This document shows positions 1 through 12,065 of a stretch of DNA of 64,000 bases, piece after piece. The notes under the pieces were generated by a model. It was not told the origin of the DNA. It was given only the letters and a program-made list of their open reading frames with translations, and ran no database searches. Position 1 is the first letter of the stretch. Every line of letters starts with the position of its first letter. This DNA comes from Camelus dromedarius. Taxonomy: Eukaryota. The stretch lies in assembly GCF_036321535.1 (NCBI RefSeq), contig NC_087436.1, positions 107,820,001 through 107,884,000 on the forward strand, written 5' to 3'. The position numbers were made by a program, and so were the translations under genes.

Positions 1-1321
1 CTGATAATACTGTGTCTTTATAAATAATAATCAGCTCCCAGTGAAAGAGAATTTAAGAAGGGGGCCCAATTGAGAACACCTCCTGGCCAGGAAGTGTCCT
101 AAATCAAGGTCAGACCTTGTAGTGAGGGTGGTATAGCCCTGCCCTGCTGCTGGGACTCTGAGGGCGGGGCCCATACGGCCCATACCTCCCACAAGGGAGA
201 CACTGAGTAAAGGTGGGTGGGTAATTGGCAGCAAGCAAGCCTTCTCCTTTCTGGATAACTAACTGGATAACAGCCGTGGCACTTCATCTTGCGTGCTGAT
301 GGCTGCCCGTGACAGGGATAAGCCAAGACACGGAAGCACCTGCGCTGAGGCCTGAGCTCCGTTATCAACACCATCCTCAGCATCAGCTATAATGTTCACC
401 ACGACCAGCCTCCACGGAGCAGTTCACACATTACAGAAGACTTTCCTATGTGTTGTATCTTATTAATGCCTGAAAGGGGGTTTACTTTGCCCTGAGTTTT
501 GTAAAACCTCTTCTGCTTTTGCAAAAACCAATCTGTGTTCATGGTTTAAAAAGTTAAGTGGTACTATTAAGCTTATAATGAAGAAGCAGTGCCCTCACTC
601 CTTCTCCCAATTTCCGTCTTTATAAAAGTAATTAGTTTTAACTTATTTTTAGCTACCGCTTTGGGCATTTAGCCTTGTATATCTAAGTGATCTGCTTACA
701 TTGCTATTTCTTGATTTTCCATTTTAAATATTGTCCATTGACTTCTTATAGGAGAAGATGAGGATTTAACTTTTTAATTCCTTCCTCCACACACACTCTC
801 TCACACACACTTCGACTTTTCCCAGCCTGGCAATACAGGTAAAGGATACATTTTGGTTGTATCCATGTCTTTGTTTTATTGCTATGAAACTTACATGTAA
901 TTCACAGGTTTCCTGTTTATTGTACTGTGTATGTTATCATGTACCATTCCCTTTCTTGTACAACTCTGCTTGAGTAAATTTTATTTTTCAATTACTTAAT
1001 TTTCTCTGAATCTAATTCCCAGACTTTTGAACAGAACTTGGAAGTTGTTGTTAATACATTCATATTCATCAATCAGCATATCATTTTTCCCCCAGAGGGT
1101 CTCATTCTTGCAACTCTTTACCCCGTTTTCCTCCTTTGAACTGGCTGATGTGTAGGCTTGCTGCGTCTGGGGTCACACCGTCACCTCTGCCTGAGAACCC
1201 CCTCTCTTCAAGGTTGGTCACTTCAGTTCTTGAGTCCCACTTACTGATTTGCATCTGTTTTGTGACAGCGCATTCTTTAGTAGCTTCCGCAGAAGAACTG
1301 CAGGAAACATTTTTGAGATAC

Positions 1322-1918
1322 TGTTTATTAGTCAGGATGGGCTGTTTCGGTTTCTCAACTTCAGCGCTATTGACATTGGGGCAGGTAATTCTCTGCTGAA
1401 GGAAGCTGTCTTGTGCGTTGTGGTATTCTGGGCGTCATCCCTGGGCTGTACCCACTAGGTACCAGTAGCACTCAGTTGTGGGAACCAAAGGTATTGCAAG
1501 GCATTGCTAAATGTCCCCTGGTGGGTAGCATCAACTCTGGTTGAGAACTATCAGGCTTTGTAAGCCTGTTAACCCCCAAATCTTACTTTGCTTAACCAAA
1601 CAAATGTTTGTTGCTTGTTCATGGTACCTGTGCAGTGGAGGTGGGCATGTTCATTTATATAATTATTCTGGAACCCAAGATGACAGGCACACTCCCATCT
1701 TTTATGATCTTTTATTGGCATAATAATTGTATTCTAAGGTCAAAGGAGCTGAGCGGTTGGGGGAGCAGGGGAATTGTCACTATCTCAGTTCAGAACTGAC
1801 AAACTTCATTTCTTGTATTCTATTGGCCAGAATTAGTTACATGCCCATTCTTTTTTTTTTTTTTTAACATATCCATTCTTAATTTCAAGGAAGAAAAGAA
1901 AAAATGACCTCTACCACA
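1322..1918 (-). mobile_element. MaLR solo LTR (MLT1I-like), interrupted by MER20 and a poly(A) insertion
   Basis: Starts 'tgtttattagtcaggatgggct', continues 'aacccccaaatcttactttgcttaacc...ctggaacccaagatgacagg...tattggccagaattagttacatg', ends 'ctaccaca'. Confidence 0.7.
1348..1551 (-). mobile_element. MER20 (hAT-Charlie non-autonomous DNA transposon)
   Basis: Termini 'ggtttctcaac' and 'ggttgagaacta', with internal 'tacccactaggtaccagtagca...cattgctaaatgtcccctgg' matching reverse MER20. Confidence 0.9.
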
Positions 1919-2124
1919 TCTTACAATTCTGAAAATGTCTTCATTTTACCTGTATTTAATTAATAGTTGGACTGGATTTAGAATTCTCTGCAAGAAAGCA
2001 ATTTTGTGGTGTAAATACCATCATTGCACAGATGAAGAAGTACTGTCAGAAAGTTGCAGAACTAGAAAGTAGTAGAACTGAGAATGAACCAATTGCCTGA
2101 CTTCAAATCAGAAGCAATGCTTTG

Positions 2125-2495
2125 TGATCACTGCATCCATTTTATTTTCCTCCTGGGCACACAGATGAACTGCATTTGCCAGCCTCCTTCCATCGGATTT
2201 GTCTCTGTGACAATTTTGGCCACTGGAGCGAAGCAGCAGTGACATACTTCTGGACCATAAAAATATCCTGTGTGCAGTTCTCTATTTTTCACTTTCTTTC
2301 CTCATGGTGAACCCAGGAGCCATGAGTTGAATGGTGGCATCATAAAATGGAAAGAGCTTGAATCTCTGAATGGTGTTATAAAGAAGAATCCTGCTCCAAC
2401 CTCACTGGACAGTGAATAATTAAATAATAAACTTTTACATTGTTAAGCCACAGAGGTGTTAATTATTTTACCAGTTAGTGTTATTTCTCCTAAGA
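2125..2495 (+). mobile_element. MaLR LTR (MLT1J1/J2-like), 5' LTR of a partial provirus
   Basis: 'tttcctcctgggcacacag...catttgccagcctcc...aataaacttttacattgttaagccacagag' are typical MLT1J motifs. Confidence 0.75.
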
Positions 2496-3052
2496 GAGAA
2501 ATGGATACTGGAATAGAGTGCTGCCATGACACAAATTTGAAGTCAGTATCTTTGATTTAGTGGCCAAGAAGCAAGTGGCAAGAAACACATGGCAGAGGTG
2601 GAAAGACAGTGACCCATGTTATGTGGTGGCAAAACATTTGTTGAAACGTGTTTCATATAATTAGTTGAAAGATAAGACTGTAAACCTCCAGGGGGGCAGC
2701 TTTAGGAAAAGTGATTGAAAAGAGCATTTATGTTCATGTTGTGTTAACAGAGGTGAGAATTTGTCAGCAGAAATGAAAGGATATAAAAAGAGCCCAGAAA
2801 TATGAAATCTTGGAGGATGGAAAAGCCAAATGCTTCTATACCACACTGAGTAGAAGACACAAGATTGGGAATTACTTTGAGCAATTAAATTCCGTAAGGA
2901 TCCAGCCTTGAGGCAAAGAAAAGGTTAAGGATGTGGTCCTTTATAGCCTGATAGCCTCAAGGCAGAAGCCATTCTGTTAAGAGAGAAGCAGGGAGTGACC
3001 AAGTCAAATAAAGGAGATTCGAGAGCTATGTGTAAAAGAGAGCTTTTGGATT
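2496..3052 (+). mobile_element. MLT1J-type internal sequence (5' part)
   Basis: Directly follows the LTR with 'gaaatggatactggaatagagtgctgccatgacac' and 'gacccatgttatgtggtggcaaaacatttg', as in MLT internal 5' ends. Confidence 0.6.
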
Positions 3053-3055
3053 AAA

Positions 3056-4588
3056 ATTTCCAACAAATTAGGTATAGAAGGGAATAATTCAACATACTAA
3101 AGGCCATGTATAATAAGCCCACAGCTAACTTCATACTCTACTCTGAAAAGCTGAAAGTGTTTCCTCTAAGATCAGGAACAAGACAAAGATGCCCCATCCT
3201 GTCACTTCTATTCAATATGGAACTGGAAGTCCTAGTCAGAGCAGTTGGGCAAGAAAAAGAAATCAAAGGCCTCCAAATTGGAAAAGAAGTAAAATTGCCT
3301 CTATTTGCAGATGTCATGATATTATATATAGAAACCTGTGAAGACTACACACACACACACATACACACACAATTGTTAGAACTAATAAACAAATTTAGTA
3401 AAGTTACATTATACCAAATGAACATACAAAAATCAGTTGCATGTCTTTACACTAACAGCAAACTATCCAAAAAGAAATACCTTCAAAATAGCATCAAAAA
3501 AATAAAATACTTAGGAAAAACTTTAACCAAGGAAGTGAAAGATCTATACATTTAAACATAAAACATTGATGAAAGAAATTGAAAAGACATGAATAAATGG
3601 AAGAATATCTTATGTACATGGATTAGAAGAATTGCATTGTTAAGATGCCCAGAGAAAACCCTGTTTGGTAGCAATCCCTATCAAAATTCCAGCGGCATTT
3701 TTTCACAGGAATAGAAAAAACAGTCCTACAATTCATATGGTACCACAAAAGACCACAAATAGCCAAAGCAATCTTGAGCAAAAAAGAACAAAGTCGAGGT
3801 CTTTATACCACTTGATTTTAAAATATACTACAAAGCTTTAGTAATCAAAGCAGCATGGTACTTGTATTAATACAGAAATGTCGATCAATGCTATGGGGTA
3901 GAGAGCCCAGAAATAAGTTCACACCTTTATGGTCAATTGATTTTCAACAAAGGTGTCAAAAATACACGATGGGAAAGGATGGTCTCTTCAATAAATGTTA
4001 GAAAACTTGCTTTCCACATACAGAACAACAAAATTGGACGCTTATCTCACTCCATACACAAAAATCAATTAATTCAAAATGGATTAAAGACTTAAATGTA
4101 AGACCTGAAATCATAAAACTATTAGAAGAAAAATCTTGACATTGGTAGACAATGATTTTTTGGATATGACCCCTAAAGCTTAGGTAACAAAAGCAAAAAT
4201 AGACAAAAGGGATTGCACCAAACTAAATAGATTCTGCACAGCAAAGGAAACAGTCAACAGAGTGAAGAGACAGCCTATAGAATGGGAAAAAATATTTGCA
4301 AACCTTACATATGTACATACATTGATTAATATTCAAAATATATAAGGAATGCAAGCAATTCAATACCAAAAAAATAATAATAACCCAATTATAAAATGGG
4401 CAAAGGACCTGAATAAATATTTCTCAAAAGATATACAAATGGCCAATAGATACATGAAAAGATGCTTAACATCACCAATCACCAGAGAAATGCAAATAAA
4501 AAAACTGCTATGAGGTATGACCTCATACCTGTTAGAATACTAGCATCAAAAGGAAAAGAAAAACTATACCAAGTGTTAGCAAGGATAT
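3056..4588 (+). mobile_element. L1 ORF2 fragment (RT C-terminal half to start of Cys-rich domain), truncated at both ends, decayed
   Basis: ORF 3106-3555 'YNKPTANFIL...FPLRSGTRQRCPILSLLFN...LPLFADVMILY' is L1 RT with a degenerate FADD motif. Downstream ORF2-like sequence has stops and frameshifts. No 3'UTR or poly(A). Confidence 0.95.
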
Positions 4589-4589
4589 A

Positions 4590-5788
4590 TGGATATGCCT
4601 CATGTGGGTATGGAATGCCTCATTACTATAGTGATGTCTCACATACTACTTTTGTTTTACAGCTTACAAAATGGGGCATTGGCTCATATCTTTGGAATTC
4701 ACTGGCTTTCCATATACCCAGTCATCTAGAAGCAACTAAGCATGTTGATTGTCGGAATGGGGTATTGAAATGGGTGACACCACCTTACAGACTAGGATCT
4801 CTTGAATCCAAGGAGATGTATTCTTGGAGCTTCTGACTAGTTTATGATTCTCCCGTATCTGGAATATAAAGGTCTTGGAATTACAAGCGTGGGAAGGAAA
4901 TGGCTCCTTCTTCTTCTTCCTAATGGTCTACCTGTATAGTTGTGGTTCCCATCCCTGCAGTGCTTGGATCTGCTAGTTTTGAGGTCTTAGTTTCTAAAAG
5001 GGAAAGTATCTAGCAGGTACACACTAAGGGTTACATTGGCTAGACGTTATGGATGTCAGCTAGTCACTTGGGTTATTCATGCCAGTGAACTGACAGTTAA
5101 AGGGAGCTACTGTATGTATTGTCTGGGGTGATTAATCATGATCAACAAGGACAAATAAAGTTGCTGTGACACAGCAGGGTTGGGAGGAGATTTTTGGAGT
5201 CCAGGGAATTTTATGGGACCCCCCTCTTCATATTTCAATGTCTAGAAATCAAAGTTAATGAAAGACTAAAACAACTCAGTACAGTCAAGGCCACTAATAT
5301 TCATTCCCTCAGGAATGGAGGTTTGGGTTATTCTATCAAATAAAGAACCATTACCAGCTGGGATTTGGCTGAGCACATAGGGAGGACCATAATAGCTATG
5401 TATTTCCTTCCATCCTTCCCTTCCTTCCTTCCTTCCTTCTTTCCCTTCTTTTTCTTCCTCCCTCCCTCCCTCTTCTTAACAATTTCTTCTTTCCCTCCTC
5501 ATTGTATTAAGGGTGTCGGTGGCAGTTACCTTAAAATGTAGCCTTTAAATTAAAGAGGGGGACTGTAATTGAACTACAAGGGGAATGAATATTATCATCC
5601 ATAGATGGATACAGTTACTGATAAGGCTTTGAGTTTCCTGGTTTTGTGAGAGGATGGACATGCCATTATTCATATGAGGGATAATTGGATCATATTCAGC
5701 CAGAAGAAAGATGTTGTCTTACAGCTTCGAAGTTTAAATATATGTTTAAGGTTATATATGGATGCTGAGTATCCAAAGAGGCAGAAAA
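4590..5788 (+). mobile_element. ERV-L internal remnant (integrase core, dUTPase-like region, 3' end/PPT)
   Basis: ORF 4462-4836 contains 'GYGMPHYYSD...FHIPSHLEATKHVDCRNGVLK', resembling ERVL integrase (GIPHSIASD...YHVPHHPEAAGLIERWNGLLK). 4970-5380 resembles the ERVL dUTPase region, and 5650-5788 resembles the ERVL 3' end. Confidence 0.75.
5404..5475. repeat. (TTCC)n/pyrimidine-rich microsatellite
   Basis: Directly visible. Confidence 0.9.
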
Positions 5789-6208
5789 TGCCCATATGTT
5801 GTTGGATTGTTAGATCTCAGGGCCATTCCTGCCCATTTAAACCCTCCCCCGGATGCAGGATCTAGTTTATAGAATAGATTTGGAAGGCGAGAGGGAAAGA
5901 TAAACCATTATTCTCTGGCAGCAGCTCCTGGCAGACACATGGCCAGGCAGCAGACATAAAATTTGCAGTGGCTTCCTAGTGAACTCATGCAAAACACCTG
6001 CTTCCATGCTGCAGGCAGTGGAGTTCATTGGTGTCAACTTCCCTGCTTTCCTGTCCTTTCTGAGTTCCTAAAACTCAGCAGTGAGCTTCTTGACCTTTCC
6101 TTTCAGTTCTTCCAAAAGTTGGTAAGCATTTAATTTACTGTCTTAATTCTCTTCCTCCTTAAAATAGCTAAAATGATTTCTAGTCTCCTGACCAACTGCT
6201 GATAAATA
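5789..6208 (+). mobile_element. ERV-L LTR (LTR33/LTR50-group-like), 3' LTR of the ERVL remnant
   Basis: Follows the ERVL 3' end. Terminates '...ccttaaaatagctaaaatgatttctagtctcctgaccaactgctgataaata', like LTR33-group 3' ends. Confidence 0.55.
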
Positions 6209-6307
6209 TGTTTCTTCCTTTTTTTTCTCCTGTACCACACTACACCTGTGTTGTGTTTAGCCCTGTGGGATATGACTTAGGAAACTCAGTAGACGAAATA
6301 GCAGAGC

Positions 6308-6840
6308 TATATTTGGTAACTACTTGCTATATAGCAAAGCATCCCAAACTGAGTCGCAGTCAACAGCAGCCATTTTATTGTGCTCACAAATTCCATGGGC
6401 CAAGAATTTTAACATGACACAACACCATGGCTTGTTTGTGCCATATCACATCTTGGCCCATCTGGGAGGATGCATAATGTGAAAGTAACTCCACAGATGG
6501 TTACTGAAATCATGTGAAGGCTTGTTCAGTCATCCTGGCTGGGAGGACTTGAAGACTGCTACTGTGGACTGGAGGCAGCACATGCTTAGCTCTCCCACAG
6601 CACGGCAGCCTCAGGGTAGCCGGCCTTCTCACATGGTGGCTCAGGGCTCCAAGCCTGAGCCAGCAAACAAGGTGGGAGCTGCAGCGCCTTTTATGACCCA
6701 GCCTCAGAGGTCACACGGGGTTACTTCCACGGAACTCTCTCAGTCAGTTACAGCCAGAAGGCCATCAAAATCCAAGGGGAGGTGCATAGACGCCCAGCTA
6801 CATAGGAGGAATTCCCTACATGTTTTAAACCTTCGATACC
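6308..6840 (-). mobile_element. MaLR solo LTR (MLT1G/H-like)
   Basis: 'cagccattttattgtgctcacaaattcc...cacatggtggctcagggctccaag...ttttatgacccagcctcagaggtcacac'. Confidence 0.8.
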
Positions 6841-7134
6841 ATCTGACTGAGAAGGCAGAACTACTCTTCCTGCCATTGTAGTTCCTCCTACCTGGATGCT
6901 CTCTCTCATTATCCAGATCTCAGTGCAAATACCACCCCCACGAGAATGCTGACCTGACACCATATGGATGAAGAGGAATTAAGCACATTGACCATGAAGC
7001 CAGCATTGCACTGCAAACCCCAGCTCCACCACATACTAGCCCAGTGCCCACAGCAATTATTTACTCTTTTTGTACTAGAGTGTCTATACCTGTCAGAAGA
7101 TGACAATGATACTTCAGAAGCTTGGTTGAAGACT

Positions 7135-7310
7135 TGTAGGGGATTGAAGGGTGGCCCTCAGTGAAAGATACTGTCTATCAGGAACCTATGAAATGTGACT
7201 TTATTTGGTAAAAGGGTCTTTGCAAGTATAATTAGGTTAAAATCTTGAGATGGGATTACCCTGGATTAGGTTAGGCTCTAAATCCATTAACAAGTGTCTT
7301 TATTAGGAGA
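7135..7310 (+). mobile_element. MaLR LTR 5' fragment (MLT1B/C-like)
   Basis: 'tgtaggggattgaagggtggccc...tgtgactttatttggtaaaagggtctttgca...ccctggattagg...ctaaatcc'. Confidence 0.8.
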
Positions 7311-7429
7311 ACAATTGTGGTTGACTTAGTAAGTGCTCTCTGAGTGTTACTTATCTTTACTTAAATTATCTGCCCTTCCATTACTCAATCCCATGACTTT
7401 GTTTCATAGTTTCTATAAGTTGTTCAAAT

Positions 7430-7585
7430 TTTATTATTTGTTACCTTACTTTTATATAGAATGTAAGCACCTCAATAGTAGGGTCCTAGTCAATCTTTTT
7501 CACTGTTGTGTCTCCAGTCTTTTAAAACATGGTGGTAGATATTAAGTGATCATTATTCACTGAATAAATGAACAAGTAAATGGAT
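7430..7585 (+). mobile_element. L2 3' end
   Basis: 'tagaatgtaagcacctc...ttcactgttgtgtctccag...tgaataaatgaac' L2 tail. Confidence 0.65.
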
Positions 7586-9984
7586 CTGAAAAAAATCACA
7601 GAAAAAGTAAATGCTAGACTATATGGACAAATAGGATTTCAGCTGAGAGATGCACAGTATGGTAGAATAGTTTAAATGGCTTCATGAAAGATACTGAACT
7701 TGAGGTGGGATTTAAGGACCGTCAAAGTTCAAAGTGGGGAAAGTATATTGAAGGTTGGAAGCAAGTCTTATTCATCTTATATTCCCACTTCACAATATGA
7801 GTGTCTGGTACATAAAATATATTTTTTAATCAAATTGAATGTAGGAAAAGTAGGCATTCCACAAAGTACATAGTATGGGTACTATATAGACGGATTCCAT
7901 GAGGAATAAACATGTAAGTAAAACAAAAACCATTAACATTCTGAACCCATTTGTTTAAATGCAGTAGGACTGAAAATCCTTTTTGTACATAATCTACAAT
8001 TTCTTTATTACTGATTCCATTTTATTTAGAAGGATCTTCCATTCTCTTGGATATATGCCCAACAGGAAGAAAAATTCCTAATATTTACCAAAACCAGTGC
8101 CTACCCCTGATTTGTTGTTATGATGATAGATAGCTCTTCTAGTATTATTAATTTCTGCTTATGAAACTATCACAACTCTCCTCTTTCCCATGCATTAGAA
8201 AGAATCTACCCTTAAGTAAATCAGGCTATTTTTCCTTGTCTTTGTTTTTTATAGTTCTCTCTCTTGGTTGCATATACGGTTATTGCTTCATAAGGAAAAA
8301 CAAACCAAATAGGAACTCCTTCTGTATTTTCTGTCACTCCAAGCTATTCCTTCTCAAAAACTATTTCTTTTTATTAATAGGTGAATGAATTGAACTGTTT
8401 TTCCAACTCAGTTTCTAAGCATTTTGCCACACACCTAATTTAAATCTTCTTTTATTGTTATGATAGACCAGCAGATCATTTTCCCTTTTTTGTCTCAGTT
8501 GTACATTGACCTGTATGAATAAAACTACTTTAAAAAGATGCCATAACAAGTAATCAGAATTGTAAACATCTTAAATCAACATACACTGAAAAATAACTCT
8601 CCAGAAAAGGCAAGCATCTTCCAGAAACACTGTAGTAAAAATGAAATCATAAAAATGTAGACATTGGACTATATAATAAAATATAAATACTTTTGCCTCC
8701 TGAATATTTTCTCTATTTTGTTTGTTCATATCTATGATGAAATAATGTTGAATTTTAATGAGAAAGAAAAAAATTACAAGTAATTTAAGTATAGATTACA
8801 ATAGCATCATTTTTTTGGCCTTAGTTTCATCATCTGTAAAATGGAGGTAGTTAATGTGATACTCTCTTGGATCAGTTCACTGACACATGATTTTGTGGGT
8901 TTTGTTTTATTTTATCTCACTTCTTGACACTATACTGAGATGAAGATATTTACTAAAAGGAAATGAATAGACATAACATTGAGAAAGAGCTAGTCTAATG
9001 ATTTGTTTAAAAAAAGAAATTTAAAGGACACTAGCTACGTTTTCCTAAATTGGAAAGAAAACAAGGAAACTAGTCTTTATAAGAATCTGCAGAGTGGTTA
9101 ATCCTTGAGAATTGCTCTGTAGAGCATGAGGCTGCAAGATGGAAATGGATCCTGCAAAGATGCTGCTTTAATTCACTCTGCTGAACAACCTTCACAAAGG
9201 GCCAAGGTGGGTCTGCTGGGGCAGGTGGTACCCAAGCTGGACCATAGTGGCAACCTGTAACCAGCAGAGGTGTCACAAGCAGCACACATCTCGCGCGGCG
9301 TCTGAGCTTCTTTCACTCCGGTGCCTACATTTAAGCGCGTCGTGCCCTGGTTCTGTAATTATATGAGATACTCAGACATTTATAGTATTATTATTTTTTC
9401 TACCACTGGAGTATTGCTTAGTTGAGTCCTGCATTGCTTATTTAGCTGGAAGCAATGGGGAGCCCCCAGTCCAATATATTATCGTCTGGTTTCAGATTAA
9501 ATGGTGGATTCTCTTTTGGATGGAACTGCATCTGCTCAGTGAAATTGTAAATGGCTACTTGCCTCTTGGAACTGACTCATTTCTAGCCTGTTTTCCCTAT
9601 GTCTCCCATAATAGAACAGTCAGCAATTCAAGGGCAGGGTTATTTGTTCTCTTTTGATTCCTTGGTGTTTCACCTAGCATCTCCCAGCACACACCTACGG
9701 TCCTATTTAAATAACAATTATCCTGCACTGAGTCAGAGCAAATAATAAAGCTTCCTGCAGATTCATTTCAAACCCCAGTGAGCTGGAAGGTCAAAACCTG
9801 GGAAATAAAACTAAAAAACAAATAACTCAGTCTCTCCGAAGCTCCCATAACAGCTCATATAGGAGAATGGCAGAAATAGTATCTGAAATATTATTATCAC
9901 TTCAAACTATTCACTCTTTCACCCTAATTTAGGGAGAGATCTCTTATGAACTCACAGTCAGTCATTCTACAATGATTAAGGAGA

Positions 9985-10400
9985 GTTGATGAAGCATTAG
10001 ACTTATTTCCAAATACTTTACCTAAACTAACTCATTTTTTTTTAAATTGACATCTAACTTTTTAAAAAAATTTTAAATTTTATTATTTTATTTTAATTTT
10101 TTGTAGGGGGAGGTGATTAAGTTTACTTACTTATTTATTTTTAGAGGAGGTACTGGGGATTGAACCCATGACCTTGTGTATGCTAAGCATGCGCTCTACC
10201 ACTTGAGCTATACCCTCCCCCCTAAACTAACTCATTTACCACAACACCATGAGGTAGGTAACATTATCTCCATTTTATGAATGAGGAAACAGATGTGTAG
10301 AAGTTAGAAACTGGCCCAGAGTCACACAGCTAAGAATGAGACCAGAGAGCTTCGATCCTAGGCAGTTTGGGTCAGAGACTCAAACTCTTGGCAGCTAGGC
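9985..10400 (-). mobile_element. MIR, interrupted by a SINE
   Basis: MIR core 'ccatgaggtaggtaacattatctccattttatgaatgaggaaac...gcccagagtcacacagcta'. Confidence 0.85.
10038..10220 (-). mobile_element. tRNA-Ala-derived SINE (camelid Vic-1 type)
   Basis: Reverse strand reads 'ggggagggtatagctcaagtggtagagcgcatgcttagcatacacaaggtcatgggttcaatccccagtacctcc' (A and B boxes) plus an A-rich tail. Perfect 17-bp TSD 'cctaaactaactcattt' at 10021-10037 and 10221-10237. Confidence 0.93.
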
Positions 10401-10529
10401 TCTTCTGACATCTGCTTGTTGAAATATAAATTGAAAGAGCATATTCTGAAGTGTTCTCCCAATTCTGTTCTGATTGGAACATTATGGTAATTTCTCTATT
10501 CCCATTATGCCCCTTTCTCTATCCCTGCA

Positions 10530-11690
10530 CCTTGTCTGACATTATGTCCTTAGAAAAAGAGAGCGAGATCTAGGTTACCACATAGGAAGCTCTCCTGGCC
10601 ATAAAGAAAGAAGAGGGAAACTGGATTCTTGCCTCTCTGGGAGGCTATGGAAGATGAAGGAGGCAAGTTGAGAGAAACAGAGTTGAGCCACTTGTGTCTT
10701 AATCTCTCTTTGGACAGAAGTCAGAGATGAGGGGGTAGGTCAGATAAGACGTGGGTAAAGCTAATTGTGGTGGAAATTTGCCCTGCCTCTAGGTAGAAAC
10801 TTTGGGAGACAAATGTTAGGATCCCTTTGCAGTACCCTGAGGAAACCACATGGTTAGATAGAGTGGGACAGGCTAACTTAATGTTCTCAAATCATAGAAG
10901 GAACCCTGAAGTTCCCACAGGCTCCCCTAAGGTTCATGTTGAGGCTGCTGAAAGCTTGATGAAACTGATTATTAGAAGGGTGACCCCTTAAGCAAAGCCA
11001 ACACTGCAGGAGGACCACCCGAGTCTGGGTGAAAATGCCAGGGATAATGATCCTTGGGGGTCTGCAGGACCAATGAGAATGAAGATGAAGCTGAATCGGC
11101 AGCAGGGATCCCCAGGACCTGACCAGGCTGAACAAGAATAACCAAGAGGCCCGTGAACTGCAGACTTTAGCAGCAAATGCCAACAGTCCATCTACAGAGA
11201 GGCTCAGATCATGTAAACCCCAGCAGTGCAATGAGGGGCCACCAAGGCACCAGGGGACCCCAATTTTTGCCATTTATTTAATTAGGAAAATTAAGATGAG
11301 ATTTTAAAAAGCCTTGTGGGTTACATGCAAATGGCACCTTACAAAGAAGTATCTGGAGAAGGGGCCAAATCTGGGGAAAAGAAAGTCATTTTAAAGAGAT
11401 CAGAGACATTTTAAATTATTCTATTATATCCTGACTGAATTAAAATTAAAGTTTTATTTCCTCCTACTACAGCAGTGGGACTCATGAGGAAGATCAATGA
11501 AAAGAAATAACTGCCTTTTCTTCACCCTGATAGAGTGTTTTAAATTTTGATTTGTCTGCAAAATTTTCTTTAAAATTTTCTGCAGGACTCTGGGTCTGCA
11601 TCAGTCTCTACTGTGTGGGTAGGATGTAAACTTTTAAACTTTTTTTTTTTCTAAGCATGCACATTAGTTTAGAGATTAGTTCCTGCTACA
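10530..11690 (+). mobile_element. Very old LTR-like element (MamGypLTR-like)
   Basis: Purine-rich LTR-like body ending 'gagattagttcctgctaca'. Only weak recalled similarity. Confidence 0.35.
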
Positions 11691-11865
11691 GGTTAAAAGG
11701 GTACCATATATCTTCAATCCTCTTAAAGACTGTTCTTAAAAAGTTGGCAAAATTCCCTAAAATATTAAGTAAATGCTAAGCTGATCACATTAGCTAAAAC
11801 CTCTGAATGTGTACAGCTTAAACCATTGCTAAAAATGAATTGATCTTATTATTATATATTACTTT

Positions 11866-12065
11866 GGTTATCTCTTGCTGCATAATAAGCTGCCCTAAAA
11901 TGAACGGCTTAAAATCACAGTGATTTTATTTGCTTACAGTTCTGCGTTTTAAGCTGGGTTCAGGCGGGTAGATTTTCTGCTCTTCTTGCCTCGGCTCGTT
12001 ACACAGGGCTGCAGGTATCAATGGTCTCCCTTGAAATATGGCTTCCAGTTGGGTTTAGTCCATAG
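11866..12065 (-). mobile_element. MaLR LTR fragment (MLT1)
   Basis: 'ggttatctcttgctgcataataagctgccctaaaatgaacggcttaaaatcacagtgattttatttgcttacagttctg'. Confidence 0.7.

Larger units (their letters stand above)
560..1990 (-). mobile_element. Ancient HAL1/L1ME-type LINE fragment, interrupted by an MLT1 LTR (1322-1918)
   Basis: '...agtagcttccgcagaagaactgcaggaaacatttttgagatac' resumes after the LTR as 'tctgaaaatgtcttcattttacc...tagttggactggatttagaattct'. This resembles antisense old L1 ORF1 end joined directly to a HAL1-type 3' region (~650-780). Recognised from recalled consensus. Confidence 0.55.

Noticed and set aside
10140..10220. tRNA-Ala(AGC)-like sequences (also 42761-42832 and 63671-63746) as tRNA genes
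   Set aside because: They have altered stems, SINE tails and TSDs, so they are SINE copies.
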